Source of the DNA: Candidatus Kapaibacterium sp.
GTDB taxonomy: Bacteria; Bacteroidota; Ignavibacteria; Kapaibacteriales; HRBIN21
DNA: 64,000 nucleotides
Reading direction: 5' to 3'
Assembly: GCA_938084565.1 (NCBI GenBank)
Contig: CALKEU010000002.1
Coordinates: 39,501-103,500 of the forward strand
Shown: piece by piece, positions 28,825 through 38,156 of the stretch
Layout of the letters: each line of letters begins with the position of its first letter
Numbering within the stretch: position 1 is the stretch's first letter
Translations under genes and position numbers: made by a program
The notes under the pieces: generated by a model
Seen by the model: only the letters and a program-made list of their open reading frames with translations
What the model was told of the DNA's origin: nothing
The model's database searches: none

Positions 28825-30143
28825 GGCTCCGGCAGACTCGATGGGAAAGGCACTCCACACCGTTCAAAGAGCCAATCGACATGCTGCAGCAGCGCCGCCG
28901 GTGTGAAGAGCTCCTCGAGCGCCTGCCGCTCCCCGAAAGCACGCTGAATCTCCGGCGCCTCCCAGAGTGTCTCCCGAAAGTGGCGCCCCGTCCGCCATGT
29001 CTCCATAGCCGCCCGCTGAACGAGCGCGTAAGCCTGTCTGCGGCTCATACCGCGGCGGACCAGGGCCAAGAGCACACTTTGTGAGTATACCAGCCCGTGG
29101 GTTAACTCCAGATTCTGTGCCATCCGCTCTGGATAGACCTGCAGCGTCTCGACCAGTTCCCGGGTCAAAGCCAAGAGGTAGTCCACCGCAATGGTGGCAT
29201 CAGGCAGAACCACGCGCTCAGCACTGCTGTGCGAAATATCCCGCTCGTGCCACAGGACGATGTTCTCTAGCCCCACGAGGGCATACGAGCGCACCAAACG
29301 CGCTAGCCCACAGATCCGCTCCGCATGGATTGGATTCCGCTTGTGCGGCATCGCAGAACTTCCTTGCTGCCCAGCAGCAAAGTACTCTTCTGCTTCTCGG
29401 ACTTCAGTCCGCTGAAGATGGCGCACCTCGACAGCGATGCGCTCGCACATGGTGGCAATGAGCGCAAGAGTGCTCAGGAAGAACGCATGGCGATCGCGCG
29501 GCACCACTTGCGTAGCTACAGGCTCCGGATACAATCCGAGTCGCTCACACACGTACGATTCGACCGCCGGCGGGAGGTGTGCATACGTTCCAATCGCCCC
29601 GCTGAGCTTCCCGTATCGAATACCCTCCACGGCCGCCTGGAGTCGCTCTCGATTGCGGCGACACTCGGCCAGCCAACTGAGGAACTTGAGCCCAAACGTC
29701 ATGGGTTCGGCATGGACACCGTGCGTACGCCCGACACAGAGTGTGTACCGGTGCTCCTGCGCCCGCCGTGCTAGAGCTGCCTCCAGAGCATCGAGCTCCT
29801 GTAGCAGTAGCTCCCCAGCCCGCCGCAACTGTAGTGCTGTTGCCGTATCGACTACATCGCTCGACGTCAGCCCAAAGTGCAAATATCGGCCATCCTCCCC
29901 CGCTTGTTCAGCAAGGCTTGTGACGAAGGCAATGACATCGTGGCGCACCTCCTGCTCGAGCTCTGCCATGCGCTCAGGTCGGAGCTGCAGCCTCTGCCGC
30001 AGGCGCCCGGGAACTTCCGCTGGAATCCATCCCAATTGCGCCAATGCCTCGCAGACCAAGAGCTCAATCTCTAGCCAAATACGCAACTTCTCCTCCTCCG
30101 ACCACACGGCCGCCATGCGCGGACGAGTGTAACGCGGGATCAT
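28821..30143 (-). CDS. purB: Adenylosuccinate lyase
   Basis: HFGLTSSD, GRTHGVHAEP, GSSAMPHKRNP, HERDISHSSAER. Confidence 0.97.
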   Translation of the reverse strand: MIPRYTRPRMAAVWSEEEKLRIWLEIELLVCEALAQLGWIPAEVPGRLRQRLQLRPERMAELEQEVRHDVIAFVTSLAEQAGEDGRYLHFGLTSSDVVDTATALQLRRAGELLLQELDALEAALARRAQEHRYTLCVGRTHGVHAEPMTFGLKFLSWLAECRRNRERLQAAVEGIRYGKLSGAIGTYAHLPPAVESYVCERLGLYPEPVATQVVPRDRHAFFLSTLALIATMCERIAVEVRHLQRTEVREAEEYFAAGQQGSSAMPHKRNPIHAERICGLARLVRSYALVGLENIVLWHERDISHSSAERVVLPDATIAVDYLLALTRELVETLQVYPERMAQNLELTHGLVYSQSVLLALVRRGMSRRQAYALVQRAAMETWRTGRHFRETLWEAPEIQRAFGERQALEELFTPAALLQHVDWLFERCGVPFPSSLPEP

Positions 30144-30172
30144 CCCTGTGACGTGTTGTCGAACCTGGCTCG

Positions 30173-30196
30173 CAAAAATAGGGCTTGCCTAAGCCC
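30173..30196 (-). promoter_or_regulatory. Hairpin GGGCTT-AGGC-AAGCCC followed by TATTTTTG; terminator and/or purB -7 promoter element
   Basis: 6-bp stem at 30181-30196 directly followed by an exact TAnnTTTG at 30173-30180. Confidence 0.5.
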
Positions 30197-30212
30197 CCCA
30201 CGGAGGGTCGGA

Positions 30213-30710
30213 TCAGTAATCGGACTCATCCCGCCAACGCACAATCTGCCATGGGGCGTCGGGGCGCTCCCGACGCAAACGGAACGTAGCCCGCCCGTAG
30301 ACCCGCACGATGTCCGCGCTCGAAAAGGTAATGGCCAGCGCAAAGCTGCGCGAGACATCCTGCTGGACCGAGTCCCCATATGCAGCCACGATTTCATGCC
30401 AGACGAGCTCAATATGCTGTGCCGCACGGAAGAGCCCAGCTGTGGCCTGCAAGTCCTCAGAACGTCCCCAGGTTACATCAACCCCACGCTCGTAGTTGCG
30501 GTATGTGAAGGTGAAGGCGCTGTCGAGTAAGCGCCCGTAGACGGCTGTATCCCGCCACACGTATGCGTAGCGGAAGTTTCGGAAGAGTCCCTCAACGGTG
30601 CGCTGATCGGCTAGCAAACTCTCCTCAGCCGGGACTTCCTCCAGTCGCGGGGCAAAGGGATTGAAGCAGCCCCCAACGCACAGCCCCAGGCACAGCAGCG
30701 CCCACTTCAT
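30213..30710 (-). CDS. Lipoprotein of unknown function (NTF2/SnoaL-like fold suspected)
   Basis: Lipobox VGG-C; TVEGLFRNFRYAY..RD...Y.R.L...F; ends WQIVRWRDE. Confidence 0.65.
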   Translation of the reverse strand: MKWALLCLGLCVGGCFNPFAPRLEEVPAEESLLADQRTVEGLFRNFRYAYVWRDTAVYGRLLDSAFTFTYRNYERGVDVTWGRSEDLQATAGLFRAAQHIELVWHEIVAAYGDSVQQDVSRSFALAITFSSADIVRVYGRATFRLRRERPDAPWQIVRWRDESDY

Positions 30711-31297
30711 TGTCCCCAGAGAGCTTTGAGCATACTCCAGCTAAGGGAGCTTGTGTCGGGAGCATCGGCATCACTCCAACGCAGGATTGCCCACGAGCCA
30801 TCCCGTTGCGGGATCAGAGTCCACCGCAGAGCTCCACGGAAAACCGTAGGTACCCCCGGCTCCCGATGAGGGACGTACAGCTGGTATTCAGCCCAGAAGA
30901 GGGCCGAATCGGTTGCGCGCACCTCAAAGCTGGGATTGATCAATTGCAGCTCGGGCACAAGCCCTGCAGGAATGCGCCCGACCATGGCTATGAAACTGCG
31001 TCGCTCCGCCTCTCGATCCCACCGGAGGAAGAGTGCACTATACTGACTCCAGGCCCGCCCGGACGGCTCGAATCGGTACTGCCGTCCCGGCGCATTGAGG
31101 CTATCGACCAGACACCGCAGATAGAGCACAACATCGCGCTGCATCACGGCCCCCCGCATATTCTCAACGACAGCCTCTGGCGTTAGCGGCTGCTGATACT
31201 TGCCCTCCCCACCTTCTTCAGGAGCCTGCGGCGCCCGTGGGGTTAAGATACCACAGCCGCCTAGGCTTATTGCCCAGAGCACAAGTATCCACCTCAT
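30707..31297 (-). CDS. Lipoprotein of unknown function, paralog of 30213-30710
   Basis: Lipobox LGG-C; TPEAVVENMRGAVMQRD..LYLRCL; ends WAILRWSD; ATGA overlaps at both ends. Confidence 0.65.
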   Translation of the reverse strand: MRWILVLWAISLGGCGILTPRAPQAPEEGGEGKYQQPLTPEAVVENMRGAVMQRDVVLYLRCLVDSLNAPGRQYRFEPSGRAWSQYSALFLRWDREAERRSFIAMVGRIPAGLVPELQLINPSFEVRATDSALFWAEYQLYVPHREPGVPTVFRGALRWTLIPQRDGSWAILRWSDADAPDTSSLSWSMLKALWGQ

Positions 31298-32193
31298 GCG
31301 GTCACATCCTGCAGCAACCCAGCCTCTCGGAGTGCCCGCTCGAGAAGCTCACGATGCCGAAGCTGTAGCGGCGTCAGCGGAAGTCGGTAGACCTCTTCCA
31401 CAAGGCCCAGCATAGCCAACACGGCTTTGACCGGTATCGGGTTCGACTCAATGAAATTCAGTCGCATGAGCGGAAAGAGACGGTAGTGCAGCTGTCGAGC
31501 TCGCTCCCACTCCCCAGCCAGAGCAGCTCGGATACACTCTCCGAAGAGGTGCGGAGCGTAGTTAGCAATGACCGAGACCACCCCGTGCCCTCCGCACGCG
31601 ATGATAGGCAATGCGAGGGTATCATCGCCGGCCAGAACGCGGAAGTGCGCCGGCGCTGAGCGGATGATCTCCATGACCTGTTCCATGTTTCCCGAAGCCT
31701 CCTTGGTGGCCACAATGTTTGGGCACTCCTCGGCAAGCCGCAGCTGCGTCTCTGCCGTCATATTGACTGCTGTTCGACCCGGGACATTGTAGAGCACAAG
31801 CGGGATATCCACCGCCTCGGCGAGAGCCCGGAAGTGCTCGTAGAGCCCCTGCTGCGTCGGCTTATTGTAGTAGGGGCACACAACGAGTGCTGCATCTGCC
31901 CCGAGCTGCCGAACGTGCTTGGTCAGTGCAATAGTGCTGCGCGTCTCATTAGTCCCTGTTCCGACAATGACGGGAACTCGGCCCTCGACCCATTCGACCA
32001 GACGAGCTGCAATCTCGAGCTTTTCGGACATTTCAAGCGTTGCACTCTCCCCCGTCGAGCCAATCGGTACCAGCCCTTCAACCCCAGCCTGAAGCTGGAA
32101 GTCCACTAAGCGCCGGAACGCCTCCCAGTCAATAGAGCCATCGAGCCGAAATGGGGTGACCAGAGCCGTCAGTGTCCCACGCAAGTACAGCAT
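31294..32193 (-). CDS. dapA: 4-hydroxy-tetrahydrodipicolinate synthase
   Basis: GSTGES, PYYNKP, LYNVPGRT, Schiff-base Lys TKEASG, NPIPVK; GGAGGAGG upstream of ATG 32193. Confidence 0.96.
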   Translation of the reverse strand: MLYLRGTLTALVTPFRLDGSIDWEAFRRLVDFQLQAGVEGLVPIGSTGESATLEMSEKLEIAARLVEWVEGRVPVIVGTGTNETRSTIALTKHVRQLGADAALVVCPYYNKPTQQGLYEHFRALAEAVDIPLVLYNVPGRTAVNMTAETQLRLAEECPNIVATKEASGNMEQVMEIIRSAPAHFRVLAGDDTLALPIIACGGHGVVSVIANYAPHLFGECIRAALAGEWERARQLHYRLFPLMRLNFIESNPIPVKAVLAMLGLVEEVYRLPLTPLQLRHRELLERALREAGLLQDVTA

Positions 32194-32220
32194 GCCCTCC
32201 TCCCCTTGACGGACACGCTG

Positions 32221-32228
32221 CAAAAATA
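32221..32228 (-). promoter_or_regulatory. -7 element TATTTTTG upstream of dapA
   Basis: Exact TAnnTTTG match 27 nt before the ATG. Confidence 0.55.
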
Positions 32229-32252
32229 GGGGACGCAGCCTCTCGGCTGAGC

Positions 32253-32975
32253 TTACTCCCGGAAGCTCAGTACCGTGTCCATCGGGAGCGTTTGCGGGAC
32301 TGCAACGTAGAAACAGAGTTCCTGAGGCCCCGCACTGCTGTCGCGGCCTTCAGGCCACGTGGCCAGCAACCATGCCGAAGGCACCTCCCGCCGGTACTGC
32401 TCCCAGCGCCGTACTGCCTCCGTCCACGCTGTCAGCGTATCGAGCAGCACGAACGCGCTTCGCTCAACGATGAAGGGCTTCCAACCAGCACCGAAGCCAA
32501 GCATGTAGCGCCGCTCCCGAGGCGGCCAGTAAGCCTCAATCCGTACCGGATGCAATCGCACCCCTAGTGCTTGAGCAGCCGCCCATGAGAGATCGATAAT
32601 ACGGCGCCGCACAAATGGCCCACGATCCATGATCTGGACCACTATTGCCGTGTCCCGCCCCGGCAGACTCACCCGCACCAATGCCCCAAAGGGCAACCAT
32701 CGGTGCGCAGCCGTTAACTCGTACATGTTGAACCGACGCCCCGAAGCCGAACGCCGTCCGTGAAACCCTGGACCATACCATGTGGCAAGCCCCTCTTGCA
32801 CGAAAAATGGCTCTCCTATGCCCCGTATGACCGACTCCACAATCCCTGTATCGAGCCCTGCTTCTCCCTCAGCCTCGGAGGTATTCTCCCGAGCCTGTAC
32901 TAGGAAGGCAACCAGGAGAACAGCCCCGAGCACTGACCAGAAGACGAGCCACGCAACAAACGACCAACGACGCAT
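32253..32975 (-). CDS. rlpA: Septal ring lytic transglycosylase RlpA family protein
   Basis: GLATWYGPGFHGRRSASG...TAAHRWLPFG...MDRGPF...IIDLS. Confidence 0.88.
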   Translation of the reverse strand: MRRWSFVAWLVFWSVLGAVLLVAFLVQARENTSEAEGEAGLDTGIVESVIRGIGEPFFVQEGLATWYGPGFHGRRSASGRRFNMYELTAAHRWLPFGALVRVSLPGRDTAIVVQIMDRGPFVRRRIIDLSWAAAQALGVRLHPVRIEAYWPPRERRYMLGFGAGWKPFIVERSAFVLLDTLTAWTEAVRRWEQYRREVPSAWLLATWPEGRDSSAGPQELCFYVAVPQTLPMDTVLSFRE

Positions 32976-33192
32976 TGCCTATCCCGAACTGCTTTCGCGC
33001 TTCCTCCGCCTCCTCACCCCGCATGCGCACTGCATCCTCCCACGAGTGCAAAAAACAGCCACCTTGGTAAAAGAGAGGTGAACAGAGTCTGAACGCCAGC
33101 TCATCTTTCCAAATGGGCCCGTAAGAGGCCTCCTGTGCGCTCTGTACACCCACGCCACTCCCGTAAGCAGCAGGAGCTGCCTGCTCGACTAC

Positions 33193-33870
33193 CTACAGCG
33201 GCAGGCGCAGCACAAGCACCATTCCCCCAAAATCCCGAATTGGGCTTCCGCGAACACTCTCCAGCCCCGCTCCCCCGAACGGTATCAGGTAGTACCGAAG
33301 CCCAACCCCTAAGAAGCTGCCGCTGCCGTAGCGAATGCGCACTCCTACGCCAACATGTGCCCCCAGACGCACAAACAGTTGGGCCCGCCGAAAGGCCGCA
33401 AAGAACTCCTCCGCATATGGAGTTGCTACAATCAGCGTCGGCGCAATACCGAGAGAAGCCATGGGCCCAAAACTGTCCTCCAACGACTCTGTAAACGGGA
33501 AGTAGAGCGCACTGAGCGACAGCGGCACAACGAACACCCGATTCACCTTGCCCGGCACATATACCGAACCGCTGGCAGGATCGTAGACCTCGAACTCATC
33601 TGTATTACGAGCCCCACCAACGGTTAGCTCCACCGAATAGGCTAGTTCACGCCGAACCCCACGCTGGTAAAAGACCCCAGCCCCAAAGCCGCTCTCTGAA
33701 AACGTTACCGTAAGCCCCCACAAGGCGGGGAATTCCTGCACAGGAGCAATGAGGGGCCGAGGGGACTCAAAGAGATAGAGACTGTCGGGCAGCTCAGCTG
33801 TTGTCTGCCCCGCAACTTGAGCACGGAGCCCGTAAGCCAGGAGAACACCCAGGAGGCCGTGCTTCCACAT
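33193..33870 (-). CDS. Small outer-membrane beta-barrel-like hypothetical protein
   Basis: GAGGAG SD before ATG 33870; signal peptide; alternating amphipathic strands (WGLTVTF, GAGVFY, GVGVRIRY, GVGLRYY). Confidence 0.6.
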   Translation of the reverse strand: MWKHGLLGVLLAYGLRAQVAGQTTAELPDSLYLFESPRPLIAPVQEFPALWGLTVTFSESGFGAGVFYQRGVRRELAYSVELTVGGARNTDEFEVYDPASGSVYVPGKVNRVFVVPLSLSALYFPFTESLEDSFGPMASLGIAPTLIVATPYAEEFFAAFRRAQLFVRLGAHVGVGVRIRYGSGSFLGVGLRYYLIPFGGAGLESVRGSPIRDFGGMVLVLRLPL

Positions 33871-33926
33871 TTTCTCCTCACTTGCCTCAGGAGACGAAGC
33901 AGCAAAAGCCGTAGTCCCTAGCTGCC

Positions 33927-35006
33927 CTACGGTCCATACCGCCGGCTTATCTGGACGAGCCACTGACGCAGGCGCTGCGTCGCTTCCGGCGATGCCCAAT
34001 GACCTCCGGCAAAGGGAACAAACTCGTGCTCAACACCGGCTTGTGCCAAAGCGTTGACGAAGAGTTGGGCTGTCTGGAAGGGGACTATGGGATCTTCATA
34101 GCCGTGCAGTACCAGGAACGAAAGCCCATAGCGACGCATCTCTGACAGCCGTTCCAGCACACGCCCTTCGGCATAGTAACTGGCTGCTACCAATGCAGCT
34201 CCAGCGTACGAGTCAGGATGCTGCGCCAGGAGCACCCCCGCCATGAAACCACCCTGGGAAAACCCAACCACCAACGGCAATGCGCGCCGGACGGGCAAGT
34301 GTTGTTGCGCGTCCCGGACCACCGCGTGATACCACTCCGCCGTCATTGCAATAATGGACTCCCGCAGCGAATCCGGCGCTCCCAGCTCCTCGCCTAGTGC
34401 CGAAAAGCGCAAAGCAGCAGCATTCACCGTCGAACGCACGCGCACGTACGGCGCCTCCGGTGCTACCACGAGCATGTCCTCGCCTTGCCATTGCCGAACC
34501 CAGCTGAAGAGCTGCGAGGGCGCCTGTCCATTGCCATGTAACAGCACAACGAGCGTATAGCGGCGCACTGTGTCATACCGCTCCGGATACAACACGAAGT
34601 AGCGCCCAAATCGCTCTTGCCGGGCAACACGCATTCCAACCCGTCCGATTCCTCCACTCCGGCGCCGAAGTTCTGCCAGCAGAGAACGCCCTTCCCGATA
34701 GCGCTCCAAGAAGCGCCACTCGGCTTCTGGCACGATCACAGTGGTATCTACCCAGCCAGCCACGAGGGCCCCCTGCAGAGCGCGCAGCGCTGCCACGGTG
34801 TCAGCCTGCCGGAGATAGCATCGCGCAAGGATGAGAAACGCCTCCCAATCCCGCGGATTTGCTTCTGTCCATAGGCGCAGAGCGCTTGCTGCTTCAGCAT
34901 ACCGCTGTTGCTGCCAGAGCGCATACCCACGCTCGAAGGCCGTCTGTAGCTCCTGTGCGTGCCCGACTGTAGCAAGGACTATACCGAACCATACCCTCCA
35001 CCTCAT
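33927..35006 (-). CDS. Exported TPR-domain alpha/beta-hydrolase (carboxylesterase/phospholipase-like)
   Basis: Signal peptide, TPR helices, LLHG, GFSQG nucleophile, HGYED, GGH; ATGA overlap with the gcvH stop. Confidence 0.8.
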   Translation of the reverse strand: MRWRVWFGIVLATVGHAQELQTAFERGYALWQQQRYAEAASALRLWTEANPRDWEAFLILARCYLRQADTVAALRALQGALVAGWVDTTVIVPEAEWRFLERYREGRSLLAELRRRSGGIGRVGMRVARQERFGRYFVLYPERYDTVRRYTLVVLLHGNGQAPSQLFSWVRQWQGEDMLVVAPEAPYVRVRSTVNAAALRFSALGEELGAPDSLRESIIAMTAEWYHAVVRDAQQHLPVRRALPLVVGFSQGGFMAGVLLAQHPDSYAGAALVAASYYAEGRVLERLSEMRRYGLSFLVLHGYEDPIVPFQTAQLFVNALAQAGVEHEFVPFAGGHWASPEATQRLRQWLVQISRRYGP

Positions 35007-35389
35007 GCCTGTCCAATGAGTGCCCTGTAGGCAGCAGCATCCAGCAGACGCTCCACCTCCTCCGGTTGCGCAAGTTCTACCTGCACAATCCATCCCTGGC
35101 CGTACGGATCGCGATTGATCAGCTCCGGCTGCTCAGCCAGCAGCGGATTGACCGCCGTGACGCGACCACTGACCGGTGCATAGACATCGGCTACCGTCTT
35201 GACTGCCTCCAGAGTTGCCACAACCTGTCCAGCCTGGACCTCGTGATCGACCCCAACGGCGAGATCCACGTAGACAATATCGCCCAACTCGTGTTGCGCA
35301 TGATCTGTAATGCCGATGACGGCGATCCCATCTTCCAGGCGTACCCATTCGTGGTCGTTCGTGTAACGCAGTTCCTCGGGGATATGCAT
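35003..35389 (-). CDS. gcvH: Glycine cleavage system H protein
   Basis: RYTNDHEW, GITDHAQHELGDIVYV, lipoyl-Lys EAVKTVADVYAPVSG, NRDPYGQGW. Confidence 0.95.
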   Translation of the reverse strand: MHIPEELRYTNDHEWVRLEDGIAVIGITDHAQHELGDIVYVDLAVGVDHEVQAGQVVATLEAVKTVADVYAPVSGRVTAVNPLLAEQPELINRDPYGQGWIVQVELAQPEEVERLLDAAAYRALIGQA

Positions 35390-35410
35390 AGGACACACCT
35401 CGTCTTGTCG

Positions 35411-36775
35411 TTAGACCTCTTGTGCCAGCGCGTACTGGCGCCAGTCATGCTCTTCCAAATAGCGCGTGTGGAAGCGAGCAGCCAGGAAATCGGGATTCTG
35501 CATCATCGCCCTGTGGAAGGGAATGGTTGTAGCAATCCCTTCGACAACGAACTCCTCGAGGGCTCGCCGCATGCGGGCAATGGCCTCTTCCCGTGTCGGA
35601 GCCACAGTAATGAGCTTGGCAATGAGGGAATCGTAGTAGGGCGGGATTGTGTAGCCTTGATAAATATGGGAATCCACCCGCACACCCGGCCCCCCGGGAA
35701 AGTGCAGGCTGGAAATCGTCCCCGGCGAGGGACGGTAGTCTGCAAAGGGGTCTTCTGCGTTGATGCGGCACTCGATTGCGTGGAAACGCGGTGGCTGCGG
35801 CTGGAGTGACAATGGCTCCCCTGCAGCTACCCGAATCTGCTCCTTGATGAGATCAATGCCTCCGATGGATTCCTCTGTGACCGGATGCTCCACTTGAATG
35901 CGGGTGTTCATCTCCATGAAGTAGAAGTTGCGTTCCTCATCCACCAGGAACTCCACTGTCCCGGCATTGACGTAGCCAACGGCTCGAGCAGCCCGGACAG
36001 CGGCTTCACCCATAGCCTGTCGCAGCTCGGGAGTCATAATCGGGGAAGGGGCTTCCTCGATGAGCTTCTGATGACGACGCTGCAGCGAGCATTCCCGCTC
36101 GTTGAGATGGATAATTGTCCCGTGGTGGTCGCCAAAGACCTGGATCTCGATATGCCGGGGCTGCTGGATGAACTTCTCTATGTACACATCCGGATTCCCA
36201 AAGGCGGCCTCCGCCTCATTGCGTGCAAGCACAAAGGCCCGCTCTAGCTCTTCCTCGCTCCGGACCAGGCGCATCCCTTTGCCCCCACCTCCAGCAGCCG
36301 CCTTGAGCATGATTGGGTAGCCAATGGCACGGGCAATCTCCCGTGCCTGCCCCAAAGACACGACTACTCCTTCGCTGCCGGGAACAACCGGAACTCCGGC
36401 CGCCTGCACCGTCTCCTTGGCAACAGATTTATTGCCCATCTTCGCTATGGCCTCCGGACTTGGGCCGATGAAGACAAAGCCACAGTCGCGACAGATCTCG
36501 GCAAAGGTCTCATTCTCGGCTAAAAAGCCGTATCCTGGATGAATCGCATCGGCATTGGTAACTTCTGCCGCCGCAATGATGGCTGGGATGTGAAGGTAAC
36601 TCTGCTTGCTCGGCGGTGGCCCAATGCAGACGGCTTCATCGGCAAAGCGCACATGCAATGCGTAGCGGTCTGCCTCTGAGTAGACCGCCACTGTCCGAAT
36701 CCCCATCTCACGGCAGGCCCGAATGATCCGCAGAGCGATTTCGCCGCGATTTGCAATCAGTACCTTGCGAAACAC
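35411..36775 (-). CDS. accC: Biotin carboxylase subunit of acetyl-CoA carboxylase
   Basis: [64 protein letters not shown] start 36775. Confidence 0.95.
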   Translation of the reverse strand: MFRKVLIANRGEIALRIIRACREMGIRTVAVYSEADRYALHVRFADEAVCIGPPPSKQSYLHIPAIIAAAEVTNADAIHPGYGFLAENETFAEICRDCGFVFIGPSPEAIAKMGNKSVAKETVQAAGVPVVPGSEGVVVSLGQAREIARAIGYPIMLKAAAGGGGKGMRLVRSEEELERAFVLARNEAEAAFGNPDVYIEKFIQQPRHIEIQVFGDHHGTIIHLNERECSLQRRHQKLIEEAPSPIMTPELRQAMGEAAVRAARAVGYVNAGTVEFLVDEERNFYFMEMNTRIQVEHPVTEESIGGIDLIKEQIRVAAGEPLSLQPQPPRFHAIECRINAEDPFADYRPSPGTISSLHFPGGPGVRVDSHIYQGYTIPPYYDSLIAKLITVAPTREEAIARMRRALEEFVVEGIATTIPFHRAMMQNPDFLAARFHTRYLEEHDWRQYALAQEV

Positions 36776-36850
36776 GGTCACCGCGTGTTTTGCACACCCA
36801 CATACGCAGTGCGAAATTACAAACCCTCTCACTGTTTGCCGGGGAAGCCC

Positions 36851-36858
36851 TACTTTTG
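36851..36858 (+). promoter_or_regulatory. -7 element TACTTTTG upstream of murA
   Basis: Exact TAnnTTTG followed by CGCCC, the same flank as the glgP element. Confidence 0.6.
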
Positions 36859-36896
36859 CGCCCGCCCACCGAGGTGTTCCAGGCGGGGAAAACTCA

Positions 36897-38156
36897 ATGG
36901 AAGGATTCCGCATCCGCGGCGGGCAGCCTCTGCAGGGCCGCGTGCGCATTTCTGGAGCGAAAAATGCTGTGCTCGCACTCGCCCCGGCTACACTGCTTGC
37001 CCCGGGGGTGCATCGTCTCCGGAATGTACCGCGCCTGACCGACGTTTTCACCATGGTGGAACTCCTCGAAGGGCTCGGCTGCTCTTGCCACTTGGAGGAG
37101 GGAGAGCTCCATATTGATACCTCCACCGTCCGCTCCCTGCGCGCACCACAAGAGCTGGTCAGCCGCATGCGTGCCTCCTTCTACATCTTAGGCCCCCTGC
37201 TAGCCCGTTACGGGCAGGCAGAGGTTTCTCTTCCGGGAGGGTGCTCCTTCGGTCCACGGCCGGTAGATCTCCATCTGCAGGGCCTTCAGCGCCTCGGGGC
37301 ACAGATCGAGCTCCAAGACGGCTATGTCCGAGCCCGCGCCAGCCGACTACGCGGCACCACCATCGAGCTCCGCTTCCCGAGTGTCGGTGCCACTGGCAAC
37401 ATCCTCATGGCTGCTGTTCTGGCCGAAGGGGAGACCCTCCTCCGTAATGCCGCCTGTGAACCTGAAATTGTCCAGCTCGGCGAATATCTCTGCGCCATGG
37501 GCGCCTCCATCGAGGGTCTGGGGAGCCCAACTCTCCATATCCGAGGGGTCGAACAGCTGCGTCCAGCCGCCGTTGAGGTTATCCCCGACCGCATCGAGGC
37601 AGCGACCTTTCTCATTGCAGCTGCTGCAACACAGGGAGAGGTCACCATCACGCACGCCCGAGCCGATCACCTCCAGACCGTTCTGGAGCACCTACAGCAG
37701 GTGGGCTGTAGACTGACTACCACAGAGAGCACCATCACGGTGCACATGGATACTCTTCCGCAACCCAGCACCACGGTCACGGCTCCCTATCCGGGTTTCC
37801 CAACCGACCTCCAGGCACAATGGACGGCCTTCATGCTCCAAGCCCCTGGGATCTCCCGCATTACAGACACGATCTACCCGAATCGCTTCAAGCACATTCC
37901 TGAACTCCAGCGTATGGGTGCCCGCATCGAACTCATTGGCAACACCGCCATTGTGTACGGGGGATATCCTCTCATTGGCACGAGGGTTGTCTCTAGCGAT
38001 CTTCGGGCCAGTGCAGCCCTCCTCATTGCGGGATTAATTGCCCAAGGGGAAACCGAGGTTGTCGGTATCCATCACATCGAGCGCGGCTATGAAGCTATCG
38101 AGCGCAAACTGCAGCAGCTGGGCGCCTCCATTGAGCGGATCTGTGTTGGCCCTTGA
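36897..38156 (+). CDS. murA: UDP-N-acetylglucosamine 1-carboxyvinyltransferase
   Basis: ISGAKNA, RASFY, active-site Cys in [35 protein letters not shown]. Confidence 0.97.
   Translation: MEGFRIRGGQPLQGRVRISGAKNAVLALAPATLLAPGVHRLRNVPRLTDVFTMVELLEGLGCSCHLEEGELHIDTSTVRSLRAPQELVSRMRASFYILGPLLARYGQAEVSLPGGCSFGPRPVDLHLQGLQRLGAQIELQDGYVRARASRLRGTTIELRFPSVGATGNILMAAVLAEGETLLRNAACEPEIVQLGEYLCAMGASIEGLGSPTLHIRGVEQLRPAAVEVIPDRIEAATFLIAAAATQGEVTITHARADHLQTVLEHLQQVGCRLTTTESTITVHMDTLPQPSTTVTAPYPGFPTDLQAQWTAFMLQAPGISRITDTIYPNRFKHIPELQRMGARIELIGNTAIVYGGYPLIGTRVVSSDLRASAALLIAGLIAQGETEVVGIHHIERGYEAIERKLQQLGASIERICVGP

Noticed and set aside
32976-33192. Intergenic region as a riboswitch or sRNA
   Set aside because: Only a short hairpin (33169-33185) is visible, and I recognise no known aptamer; an Rfam/Infernal search would be needed to settle it.
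36776-37168. Long N-terminal extension of accC in the ORF track (585 aa)
   Set aside because: It overlaps murA on the opposite strand; the conserved protein starts at GTG 36775, with a promoter-like element just upstream.
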